A stretch of 64,000 bases of DNA from assembly GCA_965205505.1 (NCBI GenBank), contig CBDBHB010000009.1, positions 96,001 to 160,000 on the forward strand, given 5' to 3'. Below the pieces are notes generated by a model that was not told the origin of the DNA, searched no databases, and worked only from the letters and a program-made list of their open reading frames with translations. Position numbers and translations under genes: made by a program. The DNA comes from Acidobacteriota bacterium. Lineage in GTDB: Bacteria > Acidobacteriota > UBA890 > WLXD01. The number at the start of each line of letters is the position of its first letter. Position 1 is the first letter of the stretch. Positions 22,608 through 30,154 of the stretch are shown piece by piece.

Positions 22608-23507
22608 GTGAGGCGACGCGACTTCATGGGTACGCTGGCGGGCGTCGGCGTTGCCGCGGCCTGGGGAGGTTCCGCGGCGGCCGCCCAAGCGCGATTCGGG
22701 GTCGACTACGCGCCGCACTTCGGGATGTTCCGCGAGAGCGGCGGCGAAGACCCGATCGACCAGCTGCAATTCATGGCGGCGCAGGGTTTCGGCTCGCTCG
22801 AGGACAACGGCATGCGCCAGCGCCCGGTTGCGGAGCAGGAACGCATCGCCGGGGAGATGTCGCGTCTCGATATGCGCATGGGGGTGTTCGTTGCTCACAC
22901 CATCCACTGGCGCGAACCCAATCTCGCCAGCGGCGACGAGAACAAGCGTGCCGAGTTTCTCTCTGAGATCCGCTCCGCGGTGGAGGTAGCCAAGCGGGTC
23001 CACGCCACGTGGATGACGGTGGTTCCCGGTCACGTGGACCTCGCTGTTCACCCGGACTACCAGACAGCCAACGTCGTAGAGGCGCTGAAGCGGGCAGCGG
23101 CAATCCTCGAGCCACACAGTCTGACCATGGTGCTCGAGCCGTTGAACCCACGCGACCACCCCGGCCTCTTTCTCAAAGGGATTCCGCAGGCCTTCCAGAT
23201 CTGCAAGGCGGTCGACAGCCCGGCGTGCAAGATTCTCGACGACCTCTACCACCAGCAGATCAGCGAGGGTGACCTCATTCCCAACATCGACGCGGCGTGG
23301 GACGAGATTGCCTACTTTCAGATCGGCGACAATCCAGGGCGCAACGAGCCCACCACCGGCGAGATCAACTACCAAAACGTCTTCCGCCACATCCACGACA
23401 AGGGCTTCGACGGAATTCTGGGAATGGAGCACGGCAATTCGCAGCCCGGAGCTTCCGGGGAGCTGGCGGTTATCGATGCCTATCGTCGCGTCGATGTGCA
23501 CCACTAG
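22608..23507 (+). CDS. hydroxypyruvate isomerase / xylose-isomerase-like TIM-barrel protein, Tat leader
   Basis: RRRDF, LEPLN, DLYHQQISEG, QIGDNPGRNEPTTGEINY and GMEH. Confidence 0.9.
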   Translation: MRRRDFMGTLAGVGVAAAWGGSAAAAQARFGVDYAPHFGMFRESGGEDPIDQLQFMAAQGFGSLEDNGMRQRPVAEQERIAGEMSRLDMRMGVFVAHTIHWREPNLASGDENKRAEFLSEIRSAVEVAKRVHATWMTVVPGHVDLAVHPDYQTANVVEALKRAAAILEPHSLTMVLEPLNPRDHPGLFLKGIPQAFQICKAVDSPACKILDDLYHQQISEGDLIPNIDAAWDEIAYFQIGDNPGRNEPTTGEINYQNVFRHIHDKGFDGILGMEHGNSQPGASGELAVIDAYRRVDVHH

Positions 23508-23574
23508 TGGTGGAAGTGTGGCGGGCATGCACACGGCGCATGACCGGATGACATTTTTGACTACCGGGAGAACC

Positions 23575-25158
23575 ATGCGACGCTTGACGCTGATCTGCTG
23601 CGCGACGCTCTCTGCCGTCATGGCGACGGCCACGCCCGCCAACTCGCAGCAGCGCAGCTTCACCCTACGCGGCGGTGGGACCGGTGTGTTTCTCGATGGT
23701 GCCGCGGATCACACCATGATCCTGCGCCCGACGGACGACGGCGGCTGGCGACTCGAATGTATCCGGGGCGACCGTCACGACGCCGCGGCTTTCCTCCGAT
23801 CCGGTGATCGCATCGCACCGCCGGCGAGCAACCTCGACGAGCGCGACGATGATGGGCGCCTGGCGCGGGCCGCGGTCACCGCGGGCATGCGGTTTGATCC
23901 AGACGCCCCGACGGGCGTCGACGATGCGGGCCGCGTGCTGCTGTACATGCCAAAGCCGATCGAGCCGGGGTCGAGCGGGTCGCACTTTGACCGCACCGCC
24001 AGCCCTGACCTGCTCATGGAGCCAACTATTTCGCCTGACTTGTTGTTCGACGAGGTCGACCTGACGGATGCGGCACTGCGCGATACGGGATGGCGTTCGG
24101 GGAAGTTCCGCTCTGAGGTGCGCTTCACGGACGACGCTGAAAGCGGCTTCAACGACCCCGTCTTGGGACCGGCGCGCCGCGCCGCCCTGCGGTTCATGGT
24201 CCGCGTCTGGGGGCGGCTGCTCAGCAGCGCGTCGAAGGTCACGGTCGACGCGGGGTTCGCGGATCTGTCGTGCTCGGTCACCGAGGGAGCGACGCTGGCG
24301 CAAGCGGGTCCGCTGTTCGTGTTCGCGAACTTCGCCGGCGGCTTGCCGGATGTCTGGTATCCGGGACCGACGGCGGAGTCGATCGTCCGCGCCGACCTGA
24401 GTGAGTCCGACGAAGCCGACCTCGCGATCACCTTCAACGCAGCGGTCGATGACGGATGCTTGGGACCGGGCACGGCCTGGTACTACGGGCTCGACGACAA
24501 CGCCCCGTCGACGCACGTGGCGTTCCTCCCCGTGGCCCTTCACGAGATGGCACACGGATTGGGGTTCCTCGGGCTGACGCACCTGGATACGGGAGCGTTC
24601 TTTCGGAAGCTTCCAGACATCCTGACGACGATGACATTCGATAACCGGCGGAACAGAACCTGGGACGAGCTGTCTCGCGGGGCGCGCCGCAAGTCCGCCG
24701 TGCGCGACGGCGAGGTCGCATTCACCGGCGCTAAGACCTTGCGAGGCGCACAGCCGCTCCTGCGCGGGGCCCACGTGATTCAGATCACCGCCCCCGACAA
24801 CCTGGCGGGAACCCACGTGGTCGGCCGGGCGCTCTTCGGCCCGGCGCTCGACGAAACTGGTCTGGCCACCGACCTAGCGCTCGCCGATGATGGCACCAGC
24901 ACGCCGACGCTCGCCTGTGGGCCGCTCGCCAATGGCGGCGAGATTGCCGGCAAGATCGCGGTGATCGACCGTGGCGAGTGCCGGTTCGATGCTAAGGTGC
25001 AAGCGGCGCAGGATGCCGGTGCCGTGGGCGTGGTGGTGGTCAACAACGTCGGCGGTCCAGCGGTGGACATGGCCGGCGAAGACGGGTCGATCGTAATTCC
25101 CGCCGTCATGGTGGACATGCAGCTTGGCAAGAAGATCAAGCGACGCCTGAGGAACTAG
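23575..25158 (+). CDS. secreted PA-domain zinc metallopeptidase (HEXXH), apparently circularly permuted
   Basis: Signal peptide. SSGSHFD...LLMEP precedes HEMAHGLGF. The C-terminal PA domain reads GKIAVIDRGEC.F..KV..AQ.AGA.GV...IPAVMV. Confidence 0.85.
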   Translation: MRRLTLICCATLSAVMATATPANSQQRSFTLRGGGTGVFLDGAADHTMILRPTDDGGWRLECIRGDRHDAAAFLRSGDRIAPPASNLDERDDDGRLARAAVTAGMRFDPDAPTGVDDAGRVLLYMPKPIEPGSSGSHFDRTASPDLLMEPTISPDLLFDEVDLTDAALRDTGWRSGKFRSEVRFTDDAESGFNDPVLGPARRAALRFMVRVWGRLLSSASKVTVDAGFADLSCSVTEGATLAQAGPLFVFANFAGGLPDVWYPGPTAESIVRADLSESDEADLAITFNAAVDDGCLGPGTAWYYGLDDNAPSTHVAFLPVALHEMAHGLGFLGLTHLDTGAFFRKLPDILTTMTFDNRRNRTWDELSRGARRKSAVRDGEVAFTGAKTLRGAQPLLRGAHVIQITAPDNLAGTHVVGRALFGPALDETGLATDLALADDGTSTPTLACGPLANGGEIAGKIAVIDRGECRFDAKVQAAQDAGAVGVVVVNNVGGPAVDMAGEDGSIVIPAVMVDMQLGKKIKRRLRN

Positions 25159-25165
25159 TGGCCTG

Positions 25166-26341
25166 TTGGATGATCCGACCGGTGCTTGCTTCGGTCGTGC
25201 GGGTGCTCACGTGAACCAAGGCCGGCCGCCGCTTGTCGAGGGCGTCTCCCACGACAGCGATTGGCTCACAGTTCGGTGGCGCGGCGGGCAACAGGATCGC
25301 TTCCCGGCGATCTGGCTGCGCGACAACATCCCCAGCGGTCGCCACACGCCGGAAGGACAACGGCTATTCGACATCGCCCAGCTGCCGGATCACATCACGC
25401 TGAGCGCCGCAACGGTTACTGCCGCCGATGGCGTGGCCGTTACTTTCGATCCGGAGGGAATTGTCGACACCTTCGAAGCCGCCTGGTTGCAGCGCCATTC
25501 GCTCGACCCCGATGCCCGACGAGCGCGCCGCGCGCATCCGATCCTCTGGTCCGGGGAGAGACAAGAGCAGATGGAGTTCGTCGACTACGCCGGCGTCACC
25601 AACGGCGCCGCCGAGCTGACCGCCTGGCTGAGCACGGTGCGGGACTGTGGCTTCGGTCTCCTGCGCAATGTTCCGACCGTCCCCGGGACCGTGCTCGAGG
25701 TCGTTCGGCTCTTCGGCTTCGTGCGCGAGACGAGTTACGGCCGGCTGTTCGACGTAATCATCAAGCCCGATGCCGCGAACCTTGCCTATACCTCGGTGAC
25801 GGTCGGGGCGCATACCGACAATCCGTACCGCGATCCGGTGCCCGGCCTGCAGCTCCTCCACTGCCTGATGTCCGAGGTCGAGGGCGGCGAGTCGGTGCTG
25901 GTTGACGGCTTCCAGGCCGCCGAACGCCTGCGGTGCGCCGCGCCGCACCAGTTCGAGCTACTGCGCGAGCATCCGGTAGGCTTTCGCTACACCGACCCGG
26001 GGTCCGTCGACTTACGCAGCGAAGGCCCGCTCATCGAGACGAACACGGCGGGTGAGCTGGTGGCGGTGCGCTACAACAGTCGCTCGGCGGCACCCCTCGA
26101 CATGCCCGTCGATGTGCTTCCCGCTTTCTATGATGGCTATCGTCACTTTGGGCGGCTGCTCGAGGACCCGGTGGCACAGGTGTCGTTCAAGCTCGGCCCG
26201 GGAGACCTCGTGATGTTCGATAACCAACGGGTGCTCCATGCCCGCAAGGGCTTCGCGGGCAACAAGCGGCACCTGCAGGGGTGCTACGCCGACAAGGACG
26301 GCTTGTACAGCGCACTGCGAATCCTCGAGCGCCGCTCGTGA
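25166..26341 (+). CDS. tmpA: gamma-butyrobetaine hydroxylase-like Fe/2OG dioxygenase, TmpA-like (2-trimethylaminoethylphosphonate hydroxylase)
   Basis: WLRDN N-terminal domain without Zn cysteines, HTDNPYRDP, LVDGF, FDNQRVLHAR and LQGCY. Overlaps an HD oxygenase gene. Confidence 0.75.
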   Translation: MDDPTGACFGRAGAHVNQGRPPLVEGVSHDSDWLTVRWRGGQQDRFPAIWLRDNIPSGRHTPEGQRLFDIAQLPDHITLSAATVTAADGVAVTFDPEGIVDTFEAAWLQRHSLDPDARRARRAHPILWSGERQEQMEFVDYAGVTNGAAELTAWLSTVRDCGFGLLRNVPTVPGTVLEVVRLFGFVRETSYGRLFDVIIKPDAANLAYTSVTVGAHTDNPYRDPVPGLQLLHCLMSEVEGGESVLVDGFQAAERLRCAAPHQFELLREHPVGFRYTDPGSVDLRSEGPLIETNTAGELVAVRYNSRSAAPLDMPVDVLPAFYDGYRHFGRLLEDPVAQVSFKLGPGDLVMFDNQRVLHARKGFAGNKRHLQGCYADKDGLYSALRILERRS

Positions 26342-26898
26342 GCTCGATTGTTGACGAGATCGAAGAGCTGTACGCTCGCCGCGGGCACGAAAGCTACGGC
26401 GAAGGCGTCACCATGCTCGAGCACTCGCTATTGACCGCTCGAGCCGGCGAGCAGGCCGGTGCGCCAGACGCCTTGGTAGCTGCATGTCTGCTGCACGACA
26501 TCGGTCACTTCCTCGAGGAAGCCGACGATGCCTACGGTGTTCACGACCACGGCGACGCATCGGGTGACTATCTGGCGCGCTTCTTCCCCGCCGGCGTTAG
26601 CGAGCCGGCTCGGCTTCACGTCGCGGCCAAGCGTTACTTGTGTGCAGCCGACCCCGAATACATCAACGCGCTTTCGGATGCCTCGCGATACACGCTCGAC
26701 AAACAGGGTGGGCCGATGTCACCTGCAGAGCGTCGCGAGTTCGAGGCCAATCCGTACCACCGCGACGGGGTGCGCTTGCGCAAATGGGAAGACTCGTCTG
26801 GCAAGGATGACGGCACCCGTCCTCCGGACTGGGCGCACTTCCGCTCGCTGCTGGAGAGAGTGGCCGCGTCGCGGCAGTCTAGGCTCTCAACTCGGTAG
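26338..26898 (+). CDS. tmpB: HD-domain phosphonate oxygenase, TmpB/PhnZ-like
   Basis: YGEGVT.LEH.L, LLHDIGH, H.AAKRYLC, LS.AS..TL..QGGPM and LR.W.D..K. GTGA overlap with the upstream gene. Confidence 0.8.
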   Translation: MSSIVDEIEELYARRGHESYGEGVTMLEHSLLTARAGEQAGAPDALVAACLLHDIGHFLEEADDAYGVHDHGDASGDYLARFFPAGVSEPARLHVAAKRYLCAADPEYINALSDASRYTLDKQGGPMSPAERREFEANPYHRDGVRLRKWEDSSGKDDGTRPPDWAHFRSLLERVAASRQSRLSTR

Positions 26899-27100
26899 CG
26901 ACGCGGCGCGACATGAGCCGATTCGATTGACTAACAATGTGTTTTGATGATTGTCGAAAACTATTACGCGTCTACAGACGCCCCGCCAGTGACGCGCCAT
27001 CGTCGCATTTGGTCACGTCCGAACCTGACACAGGGTATCGGCGACACGTAGCAAGGCCCAGGCGACAGAAACATGCATACGTTGCACGCCAGCCGCGACG

Positions 27101-28519
27101 TCACTCCCGCTTGAACTCGGCGACCAGCGCGGCGACCGATGTCTTGGCGTCGCCAAGCAGCATGCGCGTCTTCTCACGGAAGAACAGCGAGTTGTCGATG
27201 CCTGCATAGCCGGTCCCGAGCGAGCGCTTGAGCACAAAGGTGGTTCGGGCGCGGTCGGCATCGATGATCGGCATCCCGTAGATTGGGCTTTCCTCGTCCT
27301 CTCGGGCGGCGGGGTTCACCACATCGTTGGCTCCGATCACCATGCAGACGTCCACGGTCGCCATCTTCGGGTTGACGTCCCCCGGTTCGACGAGTTGGTC
27401 GTACGGCACGCTCGCCTCGGCGAGCAATACATTCATGTGGCCTGGCATGCGACCAGCCACCGGATGGATCGCGTAGCGTACCTCGCAGCCGTTTTCTTCG
27501 AGCAGGTCGGCGAGCTCGCGGACCGCGTGCTGCGCCTGCGCCACCGCCATTCCGTACCCTGGCACGAACACCACGCTGCTTGATGCCTCCAGGATCAAGA
27601 AAGCGTCTTCCGTGTTGATCACCTTGGCCTCGCCTTGGACGCTCTTGGCGGACCGTTTTGAGTTAGAGCCGAAGCCGGAGAACAACACGTTGGCCAGCGA
27701 GCGGTTCATTGCCTTGCACATGATTGCGGTCAGGATCAGCCCGCTCGCCCCCACCAAGGCTCCAGATACGATCAACACTTTGTTGACGATAATGAACCCT
27801 GTCGCGCAGGCTGCCAGGCCTGAACAGCTGTTGAGCAGAGCGACTACCACAGGCATGTCGCCGCCGCCTATCGAGAGGACGCTGAGGGTTCCGAGCACCA
27901 GACTGATGCCGACCACGGCCAGGTAGGCTGTGTACTTCGCTTCCATCAGCGCGCTCGGCTCGCCGACCATCGCGAACACGCCGCCGGCGGCGAGCGCGCC
28001 GATCACCAGCAGAACACTGACTACTTGCTGGCCGGGAAAGAGCATGGGCGACCCCGGGACCTTGCCCGCCAACTTGCCCCACGCGACGATGCTGCCGGTG
28101 AAGGTAACGCCGCCGATCAGCGACGCGACACCGATGGAGCCGAGCGTGAAGATGCTGAATTCGCCGCCGGCGGCCGTGCTGATTCCGACTTGCGTCTGGT
28201 GGTACTCGGCCCAGCCGACAAGCAACGATGCGAGCCCGCCGCTGCCGTTGAAGAGCGCCACCATCTCGGGCATACCTGTCATTGCCACCGTGCGTGCCGC
28301 GAAAGCACCAACGGCGCCGCCGGTGATGATGCCCACGACGATCCACTGATAGTCGAGCCCGCCGTACGCCACCGTGGCGACTGCCGCGAGTAACATTCCA
28401 ATGGCCGAGATCTGATTCCCGCGCCGCGCCGACTCGGCCCGCTGTAGCCGTTTCAGGCCATAGACGAACAGGACGGCGGCGCCGATGTACGCCAGGTCGA
28501 TCAGGAACGCGCGGCTCAT
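27101..28519 (-). CDS. pntB: NAD(P) transhydrogenase beta subunit
   Basis: MT.MPEMVA.FN, IGGGDMPVV, VPGYGMAVAQAQH and HPVAGRMPGHMNVLLAEA. Confidence 0.97.
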   Translation of the reverse strand: MSRAFLIDLAYIGAAVLFVYGLKRLQRAESARRGNQISAIGMLLAAVATVAYGGLDYQWIVVGIITGGAVGAFAARTVAMTGMPEMVALFNGSGGLASLLVGWAEYHQTQVGISTAAGGEFSIFTLGSIGVASLIGGVTFTGSIVAWGKLAGKVPGSPMLFPGQQVVSVLLVIGALAAGGVFAMVGEPSALMEAKYTAYLAVVGISLVLGTLSVLSIGGGDMPVVVALLNSCSGLAACATGFIIVNKVLIVSGALVGASGLILTAIMCKAMNRSLANVLFSGFGSNSKRSAKSVQGEAKVINTEDAFLILEASSSVVFVPGYGMAVAQAQHAVRELADLLEENGCEVRYAIHPVAGRMPGHMNVLLAEASVPYDQLVEPGDVNPKMATVDVCMVIGANDVVNPAAREDEESPIYGMPIIDADRARTTFVLKRSLGTGYAGIDNSLFFREKTRMLLGDAKTSVAALVAEFKRE

Positions 28520-28520
28520 C

Positions 28521-28820
28521 TCAGCCTTCTCCCGGGCCCTTCTTGCGGAACATCGCGAACATGCGGTCGGTCACGAGATAGCCCCCGACGACGTTGATCG
28601 TGGCGCATGCCACCGCCAGCGTTCCGAGAACGATAGTGACGCTCTCGCTGCTGCCGCGGAGCGACAGCAGCGCCCCGACAATAGTGATTCCCGAGATGGC
28701 GTTGGAGCCGCTCATCAGCGGAGTGTGGAGCTGAGACGGCACTCGCGAGATGAGCTCGAACCCGAGAAAAATGGCGAGCATCAAGATGAACAAGAGGAAC
28801 ACGATCGTCTGAACGTCCAT
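28521..28820 (-). CDS. pntAB: NAD(P) transhydrogenase alpha subunit part 2
   Basis: VPSQLHTPLMSGSNAISG and INVVGGYLVTDRM. Confidence 0.95.
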   Translation of the reverse strand: MDVQTIVFLLFILMLAIFLGFELISRVPSQLHTPLMSGSNAISGITIVGALLSLRGSSESVTIVLGTLAVACATINVVGGYLVTDRMFAMFRKKGPGEG

Positions 28821-28860
28821 TGGGATTCGGCTTTGCCTCGGTAGATTGTTGGCCCGACGT

Positions 28861-30003
28861 TTACGCGCAGGCGTATGCTTTGCTCAGCCTCTCGCTGATG
28901 ATCTGGCCGCCGCAGGTGATGAGCGCGCCGGCCATGATCTCGTCGTCGCGATCCAGCCTCACGCTCTTGGCTTCGTCATCCCAGAAATGGGTGAGGAAAC
29001 TGACCAGGTTGTTGGAATACATCTGGCTGGCGTGAACGGCGACACGACCCGGCAGGTTGTCGAGACCAATGATTCGTACCCCGCCGACGTCGACCTCTTC
29101 GTTGAATCGGGTTCCGGCGACGTTGCCGCCGTGCTCGCTTGCAGCCATATCCACGACCACGCTCCCTGGCCTCATCCCGGCGACCATGTCCTCGTCGACG
29201 ATCAAAGGCGGCCTGCGGCCGAAAAGCTTCGCCGTGGTGATGACTACATCCGCCGCCGCGCAGACCTTGGCCATCCCTCGTCGCTGCATCTTGAGCTGCT
29301 CGGCGGTCAAGTCCGTGGCGTAGCCGCCCTCTGTCTGGCCGGTGTCACCGAGGTCGATCTTGACGAACTTGGCGCCGAGCGACTTGACCTGCTCTTCAAC
29401 TACCGGGCGCGTATCGAAGGCGTTGACCCGAGCGCCCATACGCTTGGCCGTGGCGATGGCTTGCAAGCCTGCCACACCGGCACCGATCACGAAGACTCGC
29501 GAGGGCCTCAGGGTGCCTGCAGGGGTCATCATCATCGGGTAGGTACGGGCAAGCCGTTCGGCAGCCAGCACCACAGCGACATAACCTGCCAGGCTCGCTT
29601 GCGAGCTCAGCGCGTCCATCTTCTGCGCCAGCGTCGTGCGTGGGATCAGCTCGATACACACGGCGTTGACGTCGCGTGCGGCCAAGGCTCTTACTAGTTC
29701 TTGGTTGAAGAACGGGTCGAGGTAGCTGATGTGAATGGTGCCGGCCGCAAGCATCTCTACCTCCTCGGTTGGAGGAGGGTTGAGGCGTAGCACCACCTCG
29801 GCGTCGCGAAGAAGGGTTGCGCGATCGCCGACAACGCTGGCGCCGGCGTCCTCGTAGCTCGAGTCGGGGGCGTTTACCGTCCTACCGACACCGGCCTCGA
29901 CGCCAACCTCGGCGCCCATCTCCACGAGCATTGCTACGCCCGCAGGAACCACCGGCACGCGGCGCTCGTTCACCTTCGCTTCGCGCGGGATGGCGATCTT
30001 CAT
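28861..30003 (-). CDS. pntAA: NAD(P) transhydrogenase alpha subunit part 1
   Basis: ERRVP, PRTTLAQKMDALSSQ, GAGVAGLQAIATA and DMAA..GGN. Confidence 0.95.
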   Translation of the reverse strand: MKIAIPREAKVNERRVPVVPAGVAMLVEMGAEVGVEAGVGRTVNAPDSSYEDAGASVVGDRATLLRDAEVVLRLNPPPTEEVEMLAAGTIHISYLDPFFNQELVRALAARDVNAVCIELIPRTTLAQKMDALSSQASLAGYVAVVLAAERLARTYPMMMTPAGTLRPSRVFVIGAGVAGLQAIATAKRMGARVNAFDTRPVVEEQVKSLGAKFVKIDLGDTGQTEGGYATDLTAEQLKMQRRGMAKVCAAADVVITTAKLFGRRPPLIVDEDMVAGMRPGSVVVDMAASEHGGNVAGTRFNEEVDVGGVRIIGLDNLPGRVAVHASQMYSNNLVSFLTHFWDDEAKSVRLDRDDEIMAGALITCGGQIISERLSKAYACA

Positions 30004-30154
30004 GCGTAGCTTTCCTGTGCTCGTATCGAGGCGTGAATGGGTCGGCGGCAGCGCCGTCGTCTTAGTAGGCGCGACGAAAGCCTGATTGTCCTAGACCGGC
30101 GACGAGCCCGCAAACACGCCGCAACCAGGCCCGCCACACTTCCATCACGGCCTG

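Noticed and set aside
23269-23574. N-terminal extension of the 629-aa ORF
   Set aside because: It overlaps the upstream TIM-barrel gene. ATG 23575 has a GGGAG RBS and begins a signal peptide.
26899-27100. orphan promoter or small RNA between convergent genes (TTGACT, AT-rich patch)
   Set aside because: There is no convincing -10 box at the right spacing and no terminator.
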